Assembly: GCF_009914755.1 (NCBI RefSeq)
Contig: NC_060925.1
Length of the DNA stretch: 64,000 nt
Direction: 5' to 3' (one strand)
From: the human T2T-CHM13v2.0 reference genome, Homo sapiens
The notes under the pieces were generated by a model. The model did no database searches. It saw nothing but the letters and a program-made list of their open reading frames with translations, and had not been told where the DNA came from. The translations under genes and the position numbers were made by a program. Of this stretch, positions 17,581 to 30,543 are shown in pieces. Each line of letters starts with the position of its first letter. The stretch's first letter is position 1.

Positions 17581-17872
17581 ACTCTTTTTCTTTCTTTCTT
17601 TCTTTCCTTTTCTTTCTTTCTTTTTTCGTCTTTCTTTTCTGTTTTTCTTTTGCTCTCCTTCCTTCCTTTCTTTCTCTCTTTCTTTCCTTCTCTCTTTCTT
17701 TCATCTTTCTTTCTTCTCCTTCCTTCCTTCCTTTCTCTTTCTTTCTTTGTTTCTTTCTTTCCTCTTTCTTTCCCTCCCTCTCTCCCTCCCTCTCTCTTCC
17801 TTTCTTTCCTTCTTTCTTTCTCTTTCTTTCTTTCTTTCTTTCCCTCCCTCCCTCTCCTTCCTTCCTTCCTTC

Positions 17873-17939
<67 letters not shown>

Positions 17940-17940
17940 T

Positions 17941-17972
<32 letters not shown>

Positions 17973-18060
17973 TTCTTTCTCTTTCCTCTTTCTTTCCCTC
18001 TCTCTCTCTCTCTCTCTTTCTCTTTCTCTTTTTTTCTTTCTTCTTCTTCTTCTTTTTTTT
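17581..18060. repeat. ~480-bp polypyrimidine (TTTC/TTCC/CT)n tract; expanded Alu tail
   Basis: Directly visible. Confidence 0.95.
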
Positions 18061-18343
18061 AACAGGATCTCATTCCATCACCCTGGCTGGAGTACAGTGG
18101 CATGATTATGGCTCACTACAGCATTGAATCAACCTCCTGGGCTGGAGCAATCCTCCCATCTCAGCCTCCCAAGTAGCTGGGACTACAGGTGCACACCACT
18201 GTACCTGGCTAATTTTTGTATTTTTTGAGACAGGGTTTTCTTATGTTGCCCAGGTTGGTGTCAAACTCCTGAGCTCAAGCGGTCTGCTTGCCTCAGCCTC
18301 CCAAAGTGCTAGGATTACAGGTGTGAGCCACCATGCCCAGCCT
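18061..18343 (-). mobile_element. AluJ-type
   Basis: Reverse Alu dimer. Confidence 0.9.
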
Positions 18344-19507
18344 AGTTATTAAAAAATATACAATTAATTATTGTTGACTATAGTCACCCTGTTGTGCTAC
18401 CAAATACTAGATCTTATTCATTCTATCTAAGTTTATTTTTGCACCTATTACTCATTTCCCCACCCCCTACCACTCCCACCCTGCTATCCTTCCCAGCCTC
18501 TGCTAATCATCCTTCTACTCTCTATCTCAATGGGTTCAATTGCTTTAACTTTTAGCTCCCACATGTGAGTGAGAACATGAGAAGTTTGTCTTTCTGTGCC
18601 TGGCTTATTTCACCGAATATAATGTCTTCCAGTTTCATCTATGTTGTTGCAAATGACAGGATTTTGTTCTTTTTTATTGCTGAATAATACTTCATTATGT
18701 ATATGTACCACATTTTCTTTATTTGTTCATCTGTTGATGGACACTTAGGTTGATACCAAATCTTGGCTACTATGAATAGTGCTGCAATAAGCATGTGAGT
18801 GCAGATATCTCTTCAACATACTGATTTCCTTTCTTTTGGATATTTACCTAGCAGTAGGATTGCTAGATCATGTAGTAGTTCTATAGTTTTCCAAGGAACT
18901 TTCATATTGTTTGCCATAGTGGCTGTACTAATTGACATTCCCATCAACAGTGTATAGGGACTCCCCTTTTGCCACATCCTCACCAGCATTTGTTACTGTC
19001 TGTCTTTTGGATAAAAACCTTTTTAACTACAGTGGAATGGTATCTCATTGCACTTTTGATTTGCATTACTCTGATGATCAATGTTGTTGAGTATTTTTTT
19101 ATATACCTGTTGGCCATCTGTATGTCTTCATTTGGGAAATTTTTATTACAGATGTTTTGCCCATTTGTAAATTGGATTATTTGATTTTCCTCCTATAGAG
19201 TTGTTTGAGTTACTTATATATTTGGGTATTAATCCCTTGTCAGATGGATAGTTTGCAAATATTTTCTCCCATTCTGTGGGTTGTCACTTCACTTTGTTGT
19301 TTCTCTTGCCACATAGAAGCTTTTTAGCTTGATGTGATCTCATTTTTCCATTTTCACTTTGGTTGCCTGATCTTTTGAGGTATTACTCAAGAAATAGTTG
19401 CCAAGACCAATGTCCTGGAGAATTTCCCCACATTCATTGGGCTTTTAGTTAATCTCCTCCATCCCACTCTTTACTTCAACCAAATCAACCAACATTTAAA
19501 CACTCAT

Positions 19508-19594
19508 TTTCAAGCTGCTTTTCTGTAATTCCAATTTGTTGGGATTTCCCTGGCCCCTATCACTTGTGAGTTCAGTTTTATGGGTGAGAGGGGA
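19508..19594 (-). pseudogene. Pseudo-exon 12 (SPLTHKTELTSDRGQGNPNKLELQKSSLK), phase 0->0
   Basis: Acceptor ccttctttatcaag|; decayed donor AAA|ATGAGT (GTGAGT->ATGAGT inferred); 87 nt; open frame. Confidence 0.55.
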
Positions 19595-20160
19595 CTTGAT
19601 AAAGAAGGCACAATTTTTTTTTCATACCCCAAATGCCAGGGCAATAAGCCAAGTTTATACTTGATGCGTCCTCCATTTTCATTAGCAATAGAAACAGTAT
19701 AGTGCTACTAAGGTCAGGGGTTTGAACCCTGGCTCTGCTACCTTTCAGGTATGCAATCTTTCGGAAATTCTCTTAATTTCTTTGAGCTTCAGTTTCTTAT
19801 TTCTAAAAGATAATTAATACTACCAGATTATAGTGATTACTGTGAGGGCTAAAAGACTTAATGACTACAAAATACTCAGCACAGTCCCTGGCACCTAGTA
19901 AATATCCAATAGGTCATCGCTTCCAGTGTTGTTTTTATTACTGGGGGATGCTGCTGTCCACGTACCAAAAGAGAACTGTAAAAAACAGCTTGCAAAGTAA
20001 GAGAAGGAAGGGAAGTGTTTTAATGTGTAATGGCACATTACATTTTCTGGTAATCCCAATGTTACTTTAAAAAATCTTAAAAATTTGACAGTGGTAGCAC
20101 AGTTTATTTAGAGCCTTGTCTTGGGGATAATATGAATTTTTCTGGGAGGATTATACATAC

Positions 20161-20591
20161 CAGGCTTCTTTTCCTGTGAGAGCAAATTCCCTTGGACTTC
20201 TTAAATTTCTGTTTTCTTGGTGTAGAGACTGTTTTCTCTAATTCACTGTGGGTTTTCTGAACTTTTCCCCGTTCAATCCTAGTGGTTTCAATCTGGGCTG
20301 TTGTAAGAATGGCTTTTAGAGGAAAGAGATATTAGAAATGACAGCTTTTCAAGATGAAAAAGGTGCCTTAAGACTCCAAATAATTCTGTTATAATTTTTC
20401 ATTTCTTCTTAAGCATTTTACGGAAAATGGCCCATCTTGAGTATTTTTATCCTTGGGCCTAAAAACAAGTTCTTGTTAGCCAGCGGCTAGGCCTTTGAAG
20501 CTGCAGTGCTTGTATTTTGGTCTCCACCCTCTTGGATGACTTGTGGAAGTATCTTCCAAGCTCCTTCCTGATTGCGTTTCCCCAGTTTCAA
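20161..20591 (-). pseudogene. Pseudo-exon 11 (possibly two exons, with a second acceptor at 20312), overall phase 1->0
   Basis: Acceptor ttctttctccttctcag|, donor CTG|GTATGT; the distal part ILTTAQIETTRIERGKVQKTHSELEKTVSTPRKQKFKKSKGICSHRKRSL is open. Confidence 0.58.
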
Positions 20592-22529
20592 CTGAGAAGG
20601 AGAAAGAACTGTGACTATATCGATGATTTCAGAAGTGTAAACAACTTATCATGTTTGTGGAACACTGGATAACCCTCACAGGGGATGCTGAGGAATCTGG
20701 ATGCCCATGGATTTTTAATAATGGGAGAGAATGCTATTTGGAAATCAGAGGATTGAATGGATCTTGGATTGGATCTTGAACACAAGACTCCAACTCCAAA
20801 ATAAAAACTGTGGGCTGAACAATATGCAATTATATATGTGGTTGTATAATGTGCTTCCATTTCCTTACTACACCCTAACAAAGTCTTTGTTGCTGGCAGG
20901 GAGATCAGCCTGGCCTTAAGAATCTGCTTCTGCTAGTTCAGATGGGAAGTGATTAGTGTTTGTCATATACTTAAAATCCTTTATGATAAATGGCACAGGC
21001 AGTTATTTTCGTATGTACACAGAATACATCACGAAGATCAAAGAACTCTAACCAGAGGCCCCATTTCCAGCTAACAGGTCTGAGTCTATTTGGGTTTAGA
21101 TTGTAAAACTTCAGGAAAATCTAACGAGCTTATGTTACCCTGAACAAGAAATGAGATTTCTTAGTAATACCCACTATTGCTAAGTGACTATTAAGGTAGC
21201 CAAATATCATTCTTTACCTATGCTTTAGTTTAAAATTTCAAAGAGAGGTATGGTCAGATTTATCCATGTGTTCAATATCTAAGATTTTGTCTTTTAAGGG
21301 AAAGCGCTTTCTCCTCTGATTTTCTGCCTAGGGGAACCTCAAGGTATCTATGGCGTAAAAGCCAAACATCTGTTTTAGCAAATAGCCAGACATTACAGTG
21401 GGGAGTATGTAGATCATCTTGATTATTTTACCAACCATCAGGGCAGAGATGGAAACATTGTGAGCTGGGAACATTGAGTTTCATTTTTACCAGTATCCTT
21501 GCCTTTTAGAAGGTATCTGTTAGGAGTACTTAAAGTAAAATGGATTGTTTCTAAAATTGTGAGATGAGCTATAGGGCAGCTTTTCTACTTAATTAGCTTT
21601 TGTCGTTTTGTGTTTCTGTTGAGAAAAGCTGAGTGGGACCCAAGCTATCCATTCACTGCAGCATCCAAGTTGCTTAGAATCCTTTTAGAATTTAGCTAAG
21701 AATACTGTTTCTACCCATTCCAAAAAGTATAGCTAGATAATTTGTAAATTCAATTTCATGTTAATTATAAACAATTTCTTGTGCTCCTTTCTGTACTGTG
21801 GGTATTTACCGAGTTCAACCATAGCTTATACCTCATATGAGAAAGATTAACAATAAAAAATCTTTTCTGTGCACAAGTGGGGGTAAAAGACTCATTATCT
21901 TCTCTACTTTACCCCCAGTGCACCCAGGCTCCAAACTCCAGAATCATATATTCTTTCTCCACTTCCAATCTAATATTAAATCATGTTGATTTTTGTCTCA
22001 ACAATATTTTTTGTTTGTTTTTAATTTTTCATTACCATTGTCATTATCTTAGCTTAGGCTCTCTTCTTTCATGAATTAAGCTTTTCCTTATTATGCGTGA
22101 AGTTATTAATTGAACAAACACTTATTATTCACCTACTAGGTACTAGGTATTAGTAGGTGGGAATAACAGCAATAATCAAGATAAAACCTTATGTTGGGTA
22201 CAATCTTCTTACTCAAGTCACTGAAAAGCCTTTAAATAGGTCCTTTATGTATTTTCTCTCTCTACTCCAAAACATTAAAAACATAATTGCAAAACTAGTT
22301 TTATGTAATGCTTCATTATGGCCTGAGATATCCTAATAGTGTGGCCATAGTCTTCTTTCTAGGGTTACTTCATATTATTTTCTTAATTTTCCCACATTTT
22401 AGATAAATGCATGTGTTAGGTATACGTTACCATGATTCCTGGCCTTTCGTATAGCTTCAGTGGTTATGTTATTCTTGTTGTATGGGAATGCTTTCCTCTC
22501 CATCTCATATGTTAAAATTCATCCATCTT

Positions 22530-22688
22530 TTTTTTTTTTCCAAAAAAGTGAATATTTATTTATTTATTTTAAATTTAATTTAATTTTAAGTTCTGGGATA
22601 CATGTGCAGGACGTGCAGTTTTGTTATATAGGTAAATCTGTGCCGCGGTGGTTTGCTGCCCCTATCAACCCATCAGCTAGGTATTAAT
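22530..22688 (-). mobile_element. Short L1PA 3'-end fragment
   Basis: ttaagttctgggatacatgtgcaggacgtgcag...; flanked by TSD tccatctttt. Confidence 0.85.
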
Positions 22689-22849
22689 CGTCCATCTTTT
22701 AAAGCTCACTTTAACTTCCACTTTTCCATGAAGCTTTTCCTGATCTTCCTCCTCCTTCCATCCTGGAAAATCCTTGCAGTTTGTTCTGCAGCATCACACC
22801 TAGTGTCTAGCCATCCCTACTTTGTCCCTACACTTTTTGAATTGCTTAC

Positions 22850-23093
22850 CAACAACTTAGAGAGGGAGCTAGAGATTGTTGCTGGCCATTGCTCCTTGTT
22901 TTTTCTCTTATTTCAGGTACTTTTTTGTATTTTGTCGATTCTTCCCGGACGCTGCCAGTTTTTTGCCCATCTCTGTTCTATTTTTACTGCAACTCCACAC
23001 CAGTTCTGGTTCTTTGGTTTTCCTACTTGTTCTCTTAGCATTTGATAATTGATTCTCCACAATAGATTTTGAAATAACTTCTTGGATTTTTTT
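22850..23093 (-). pseudogene. Pseudo-exon 10 (KKIQEVISKSIVENQLSNAKRTSRKTKEPELVWSCSKNRTEMGKKLAASGKNRQNTKKYLK*...), phase 0->1
   Basis: Acceptor cctaatttag|, strong donor TTG|GTAAGC; 244 nt; 61 open codons then three stops. Confidence 0.6.
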
Positions 23094-24116
23094 CTAAATT
23101 AGGTATTACAGGGTAAGGTCTTGCTTTTGCTCCATACTCCAGAATCCAATCTTGCCTGGGGCCAAACCCATGCCAGGCTTTCCCTCTTTTTTCTCCCAAG
23201 GGGATGGGGTGGTCAGTCAATTATCTTTATAGATATTTTTTTCATTAAAATTAAAAAATTCTTAATTGTGGCAAAAGACCCATAACATAAAATTTACCAT
23301 CTTAACCATATAGTTCAATAGTGTTAAGTATATTCACATTGTTGTACAACCAATCTGCAGAACTTTTTTCATCTTGAGATCTTTCTTTACATTTTTAAGC
23401 AGTCATTTATTTACTTGTTTTCTCTTGCATATCGGACCAAAATTTTCTTGAGGACAAGGCTGTGTTACTGACTTGTGTATCTTTTAGTCAAACTACCTGG
23501 TATAATCAATTAATAATTGTTTCATGAATTTGAATTGACCCTGGCTTCCCTGATGTTCTAATCTAATGTGCACTCCACAGGAACCCTATTCTGTCAACAG
23601 ACCTGGATTCTGATATCAATGAAATAGTGCACATCTTGAAAACATTTCCACTAATGTAAACAAGAAAGATGAAAGTCAACAGAGTAAGAAGTTGGCACAA
23701 GGAGTTGATTCCGTCTGCTTTGGAGGTTTTGCTTTTTGGCTTAACTGTTACATGGTGCTATTGTTTTTGTTCTGGGAGGTGGGACAGTGCTGCTTTATTT
23801 ATTTTAAGAAGGCAGCAAGCCAGGAACACATAATTGAAAGGAAATTTCTGTACTGGCGTATTATTTTTTCAACTAAGATGGCAATAAATAACTTGCAACT
23901 TCCTTTTGTTTGAAGTGGTTGATATGAACTAGAGTTTAATCTTATACACTCATAAAATTGCACATGGCAAATACTTTCACAATTGCTATTTAAAAATAGG
24001 CCTATATACTTACACACTACTAATAATGTGTCCCTTTACATCATAGCCTTACAGCATTAGGGGAAATTCATTATCTCCCCTCCTCCTATATCTCCAAATG
24101 TTCTCTGAGGGCTTAC

Positions 24117-24274
24117 GTCTCTTATAGTCACCTCTTGTTCTGACTTCTGGATTCTCAAAGTTATTTTCCTCACCTGCATTTTGCTTCTTTTGGCTGTTCT
24201 CTCTCCTCCACTAGCATGTACCCCAAAGCATCAATTTTTCTTTGGTTTCTCAAAATATCACTTAAGGCAGTTGT
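24117..24274 (-). pseudogene. Pseudo-exon 9 (frame ambiguous, probable frameshift)
   Basis: Acceptor atatctcatacag|, donor GAC|GTAAGC (internal alternative CAG|GTGAGG); 158 nt; purine-rich; the one phase discontinuity in the chain falls here. Confidence 0.52.
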
Positions 24275-24623
24275 CTGTATGAGATATTTAACAGAGAAAA
24301 AGCTATCACAAAGGTTTACTTTATATCATAATGCTACAGAAAAATTTAAATTGGACTTAGGCACAAGTTCTTAAACTTTCTTAGCCACTGTAAATATTTT
24401 ATAGACTGACTTCTCTCTTCAATTTCTAGGGTCTCCTGCCATATCACTGATTTCTTTCCATTCCCTTATTGCTAATCTTTGGCGCCTAATCTCCTGCTAG
24501 GTGGTTCTGGAAATATCACAACCCTTCCAAACTTAATATTTCTCTAGTCTCTATCTATCATGACCTGGGGCTATGATTCCATAGTCATAATGGCATTTTT
24601 TTCACTAAAAAGATAATTATCTC

Positions 24624-25925
24624 AAAATGAGTCAAAGACTTAAATGTAAGATCTGAAACTATGAAGCTATGAGAAGAAAACATAAGGGAAATGCTTTAGG
24701 ATGTTGGTCTGGGCAAAGATTTTATCAATAAGACCTTAAAAAAACAAGTAATAAAAGCAAAAACAGACAAATTGGAGGGTTATATCAAGTGAAAAAGTTT
24801 CTGTACAGCAAAGGAAACAATCAACACAGTGAAGAGACAATCTACAGAATAGGAGAAAATGTTTGCAACCTATACATCCGATAAGGGGTCAATATCCAAA
24901 ATATACAAGGAGCTGAAACAACTCAATAGCAAAAAAAGCCAATAACCCAAAAGACCTAAATAGACATTTCTGAAAAGAAGATGTACAGATGGCCAACAGA
25001 TGGAAGAAAAATGCTAATATCTCTAATCATCAGGGAAATGCAAATCAAAACCATGATAACATATTACCTCACTCCTGTTAGAATGACTGTTGTCAAAAAG
25101 ACAAAAGGCAACAAGGTTTGGTAACTATGTGAAGAAATGGGAACCCTTAACACACTGTTGGCAGGAATTTAAATTAGTGCAGCCATTATAGAAAACAGTA
25201 GGGAGGTGTCCTAAAATATTAAAACTGGAACTACCATATGATCCAGCAATCTCACTACTGGATATTTATCCAAAGGAAAGGAAATTAGTATGTTGAAAAT
25301 ATATCTGCACTCCCATGTTTATTGCAGTGCTATTCACAATAGACAAGATATGGAATCAACCTAAGTGTCCATCAACAGATGAATTGATAAAGAAAATGTG
25401 GTATATGTATACATGAGGGACTATTATTCAACCATAAAAAAGAAAGAAATCCTGTCATTTGTGGCAACATGAATGAGCTTGGAGGATATATGTTAAGTGG
25501 AATAAGCCAAGCACAGAACGACACACACCACAAGATCTCACTCATATATGGTAGCTAAAAAAGTTGATCTCATAGAATTAGAGAGTAGAATAGTGGTTAT
25601 CAGAGCTTGGGATGGGTAGGGGAGTGGAGGATAGGGAGACATTGGTTAACAAGTACAGAATTATGGTTAATTAGGAAGAATAAGTTCAAGTGTTCTATAG
25701 CACAGTATGAAGACTATAGTTAACAACAATTTATTGTGTATTTCAAAACAGTTAGAAGAGAGAATTTTGAATGTTCCAAATATAAAGAAATGATAAATGA
25801 GATGATGGATATCACAATTACCCTGATATGATCATTACACATTGTATATACTTGTATCAAAATATCAGATGTATCTCATAAATATATACAATTATTATGT
25901 GTCAATCAATTTTTTTTAAAAAGCC
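24624..25925 (+). mobile_element. 5'-truncated L1MA-type element
   Basis: ORF2 C-terminus and 3'UTR; TSD aaagataattatctc at 24609-24623 and 25950-25964. Confidence 0.88.
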
Positions 25926-26003
25926 ACAATAAAGAAAATACTTTACCCCAAAGATAATTATCTCCTTAAGAGAAAATTTGTTTTAATAAAAACTTTTATT
26001 TTA

Positions 26004-26318
<315 letters not shown>

Positions 26319-26515
26319 TTAGAATTGTTTTAGATCTAAAGAAAAATTACAAAGATTACAAGAAAGTTCATGTGTACTGTACACTCAGTTTTCCCTATTA
26401 TTAACAATCTTATATCCTTTCTATCACATTCCTGACAAATAGTAACATCTGCTTAAATACTTCCAGTGACTGGCAACCCAGTATGTCTTAATGAGCCCCA
26501 TTGCCAGATAACTCT

Positions 26516-26690
26516 AGAGCAGTGTGACTTGAGATGTAGTCCTAGGACCAGCAGCAGCATCCATACAACCTGGGAGCTGCTTAGAAATGAAGAGTCTCAG
26601 ATCTCATTCCAGACCTGAATTAGAATCTACATTCAACAGGATCTCCAGGTGATTCATGTGCACATCCAAATTTGAAAAGTATTGCTCTAG
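26516..26690. mobile_element. MER5A-like hAT MITE (second copy at ~40957-41130)
   Basis: accagcagcagcatc...acctgggagctgcttagaaatg...gaatctacattcaacaggatctccaggtgattcatgtgcacat. Confidence 0.75.
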
Positions 26691-26701
26691 TGTTCATATA
26701 C

Positions 26702-26732
<31 letters not shown>

Positions 26733-26747
26733 TATATGTATTTTTCC

Positions 26748-27705
26748 CAAAAGATGGCAACCAAGGTCTTGCAATCACATTGCCCCATTCATTAATTTAT
26801 CTGTGTATTCACAAAACATTTCTTAAGAGCATATTATGTGATTTAATTTGAATTTTTTTTAGAAAAAATTATCCCTACCCTAAAAATTTTCACATTCCAG
26901 TCCTGTCATGCAAAAGGTAGTTGAATGAACAGGGTAATTTTTATTCAGAAAAGAGAGGACTAAGTTTGAAGAGCTGACCCTGAAAGAAAAGCAAATTCAG
27001 AAAAATTCAGGAAAAGCTTATTCTTTATAATATCCATTCTTTGGTCTCAACTGGGTTTCTTTTAACTTTGTGTGCATCTAGTCTGTTTCTTATTCCACAT
27101 GACAGCTGTTCAGATAATCGAAGGCAGAATCCAAGTTTTTACTTGGCTGGACTCTTCCTAGATTGTTCAAGGCTAGACACCCTTCCTGTCTTGAGCTGTC
27201 CAATAGTAACTTTGTCCTGCAGGATTGCTTTTACATGAATGTCAGGGTCTGCAACTGAAAGATTGATGAAAGGGAAGGCAGGCTACCTCATCCCTTTGCC
27301 CTAATCGTAGGTGGAATGGGAATGAGAGAGAAAGAACATTATGAGTGGGTTGTTTATACACTCAAGCCTCAGGACATATAAACAGGATGAAACCACTTAT
27401 CTCACCCTTACTGACTGTTTTCTACAGATTGTGGCATTTTCCTGTATTTGCTCTTCTCTCAGGCACAGCTCTTCAAACTTAGTCTTCTCTTTTCTGAACA
27501 AAAATTACCCTGTTCATTCAACTGCCTTTTGCATGGCAGGACTGGAATGTGAAATTTTTGAGAGTAGGGATAAGGTCTTATTTAAAAAAAATTCAAGTTA
27601 AATCAGTGCTTAGCAATCATATGTTCTTAAGAAATGTTTTGTGAATACACAGATGAATAAATGAATGGGGCAATGTGATTGCAAGACCTTGCTTGACATC
27701 TTTTG
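26748..27705. repeat. Inverted duplication: arms ~26748-27005 and ~27437-27705
   Basis: Right arm is the reverse complement of the left (e.g. aacagggtaattt / aaattaccctgtt; ttgcaatcacattgcccc / ggggcaatgtgattgcaa). Confidence 0.92.
27022..27254 (-). pseudogene. Pseudo-exon 8 ((V)ADPDIHVKAILQDKVTIGQLKTGRVSSLEQSRKSPAK*KLGFCLRLSEQLSCGIRNRLDAHKVKRNPVETKEWIL*R), phase 1->0
   Basis: Strong acceptor ccctttcatcaatctttcag|; decayed donor AGA|ATAAGC (GT->AT inferred); 233 nt; two TAA. Confidence 0.62.
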
Positions 27706-28452
27706 AAAACATCTTAGTGCGTTACTGTCCCCTGTCCCTGATAAAATGTGGCATCATGAATTGAGCAGAATACTCCATATGGTGTATGAATATTGTAGGA
27801 TAGTGGTATAATTAATTTCCCTAATTTAGAATTTACTTTTTGATGAGTTCAGCCTAATAAAGATGAAAGAGAATATGACCCCCATCATTATGGCGGTCTG
27901 TGTTTAGAAGGCCAAAATAGACCCCTACAACGTTGACTTAGCTTATCAGTAAGGTAGAATTTGCTTTAAATGGCAATTTTGAGATTTTTCTTGAGGAGCT
28001 GAAAGGCTTTACAAGATTAGGAAGGTCCCCCACTGGCTAAATAACTGCTGAGGGCTTTCCCCCTTTTCTTTCCATCATTCTTTGCTTCCTTCTTTCTCTA
28101 ACTGCATTGCAAGCCACTTCCCTCACCTGAAATTACTTTTTTTTTCTGTAAATACTATTACAAAAAAAACTGTAAAAGAGAGTGGTAAATGCAGAGTAGA
28201 TGGATAAACATAATGACCCAAGAATGACGATGGCGAAATATGACATTTTCTGGTGTTGGGTATAATAATGGGTAGAGACGGAGGAATGGAAAAAATAGAC
28301 TAGCTCTTTTGCCATGGCAACAATAAGTGCATTTATTATATAAACAGAAGAAGGAAAGGCATTTATTTGGTCCTTGTTCCTTTTCCCTCCTAATTCTCAG
28401 TTTCTCCTGTTTTTTGTTTAGTTTAGATTCTCAAAAGCTGGAAGCCAGTTAC

Positions 28453-28515
28453 CTTGCAAAGACATTGATCATTTCTTTAAATACCCAGGTATATGCTTGA
28501 CTCCATAATATTTTA
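28453..28515 (-). pseudogene. Pseudo-exon 7 ((L)KYYGVKHIPGYLKK*SMSLQ), phase 1->1
   Basis: Acceptor atttatttttaaacag|, donor AAG|GTAACT; 63 nt; one TGA. Confidence 0.68.
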
Positions 28516-28646
28516 CTGTTTAAAAATAAATAAATGAATGTTTTCTTTAAAAGCTGATTGAAGAATAGCTCAAGTCCTCTTTTATCAAACATAGAAGAAT
28601 GCTCTCTTTAAAAGTTTGCATCTTTATCTTGAGTCAATAACCTTAC

Positions 28647-28748
28647 AAGCAGGAATCAAGGCACAGTTTTCTTTCCAATTGAGTATCATTAGAACATTGT
28701 CTGGTTCATTCATGTATGTCTCAAGGGTAAATGGCCATCAGCGAGTCT
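28647..28748 (-). pseudogene. Pseudo-exon 6 ((E)TR*WPFTLETYMNEPDNVLMILNWKENCALIPA), phase 1->1
   Basis: Acceptor tatttctctgtcag|, donor CTT|GTAAGG; 102 nt; one TGA. Confidence 0.7.
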
Positions 28749-29630
28749 CTGACAGAGAAATACTAAGTGATCCTAGTCTAAAAGGAAAGCCAATGTGCAC
28801 TTGAGTAGCAGCATTCACTTTACAGAGAGTTCAAAGGGCACTTTACTATGTCTAAATGCCCTTTATGTTCTCTGGTGCCAGCAGGAAAAGGAAAGCTATT
28901 AAATGCTTATAAGAGTGAGACACTGTATTTTAGGACATAGGAAAGATGGGGGGAAATAGATGGCAAACTAATTGTAAGTCAAGAATATAGCGAGTTTCCC
29001 AAAGAGAATTCCTGCATTTTCAAAATATTCTTCTTTTTTAAGGGTGTGTGGGGTGGGTGGCGTAAAATGGAAAAATATGTAAAGCCTCATTTAATATGTT
29101 TTCTGAATAATCCAAAATTTTCAACATGAGCTGTAGGTTGGGTTGGGTTGGGGCAAATCGATGAGGCAGGAGCCTAAAATTATACCAAATTTCTGGATAT
29201 AAATATCAGCCCCACCATTATTAGATATGTGAATTCCGGGAAGATACTTAATGTCTTTGAGTCCCAGCCTTCACGAGTATACAATTAGGAGGATAAATTC
29301 CACCACGGAGAAATGTTGTCAGGTTTAGTGTAGTAACATATATAATGCAGTCAGTAGGGGGCCTGGCATGTGTTAGGGCTTCAAAAATAAGAACCACATT
29401 TCCATTCCCACTGTCCCTTAGGATCAAATCTGCAGACATCTTCTTTAGGCATTTAATACCTCCCAGTATTCCTTGTCTACAGCTCATCGATGTTTGTTTA
29501 CCCCAAGTATTTGTATAAAATTTTACACACAACCTTCCTAACTTACATTTAAGACTGTGCCATTTCTGATTTTCTAGAAAAGAGTTCAGATTCCTTATCA
29601 TAGCATTTAAGGACATCCATGTTCTGACCC

Positions 29631-29993
29631 TGACCTAGTTGGGCTGTGTCCCCCTCCAACTCTCATGTTAAATTGTAATCCCCACATGTCAGGGGAGGGA
29701 GCTTGTGGGAAGTGATTGGGTCATGGGGTTGGATTTCCTGCATGCTGCTCTCATAATAGTGAATGAGTTCTCATGAGATCTGATGGCTTAAAAATATGGC
29801 ACTTCCTCCATTGCTCTCCCTTTCCTGGTGCCATGTAAGATGCGCCTTGCTTCCCCTTCACCTTCTGCCATGATTGTAAGTTTCCTGAGGCCTCCTCAGC
29901 CATGTGGAACTGTGAGTCCATTACACCTCTTTTCTTTATAAATAACCCAGTCTCAGGTAGTTATTTATAACAGTGTGAAAACAGACTAATACA
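29631..29993 (+). mobile_element. THE1/MSTA-type MaLR solo LTR
   Basis: TG...CA ends, 5-bp TSD gaccc, typical ccatgattgtaagtttcctgaggcctc motif. Confidence 0.9.
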
Positions 29994-30113
29994 GACCCCC
30001 CCAACAAATAACATCTCCTTTATAAAGACCCTATGTTATATTGGCCAGTTCCTCAATATGTTCTGAAATATTTTTCCTCCATAATTTCATTCACTTTTCC
30101 CCTGACTATAATA

Positions 30114-30543
30114 CAGTTGACCCTTAAACAACATGAGTTTGAACAGTGCAGTTTCACTTATACACAGATTTTCCTCTGCATCTGTCACCCTGAGAGGGTA
30201 AGATTAAGCCTACCTTTTCCTCTTCCCCCTCAGCCTACTCAACATGAAGACAGTGAGGATAAGACCTTTATGATGATCCATTTCCACTTAATGAATAGTA
30301 AATATATTTTGTCTAACTTACGATTTTCTGAATAACATTTTCTTTTCTCTAGTTTAACTTACTGTAAGAATATAGTATATAATACATGTAGCATACAAAA
30401 TATGTGTTAATTGACAACATTATTTGTAAGGCTTTTGGTTAACAGTGGGTAATTAGTAATTAAGTGCTTGGGGAGTCAAAAGTTATATGCAAGTTTCTAC
30501 TGCACGAGGTGTTGGCACCCTTAACCCCCACGTTGTTCAACTA
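30114..30543. mobile_element. Tigger2a (MER28) DNA transposon
   Basis: ta-cagttgacccttaaacaac left TIR; body matches remembered Tigger2a consensus; right TIR partly deleted. Confidence 0.85.

Larger units (their letters stand above)
17411..19432 (-). mobile_element. 5'-truncated L1MA-type element carrying a nested AluJ
   Basis: L1 3'UTR/ORF2 end; 13-bp TSD ttcattgggcttt at 17398-17410 and 19433-19445. Confidence 0.88.

Noticed and set aside
17528-18127. 150-199-aa F/L/S ORFs (and the K/E/R ORF at 48537-48902)
   Set aside because: Translations of simple repeats.
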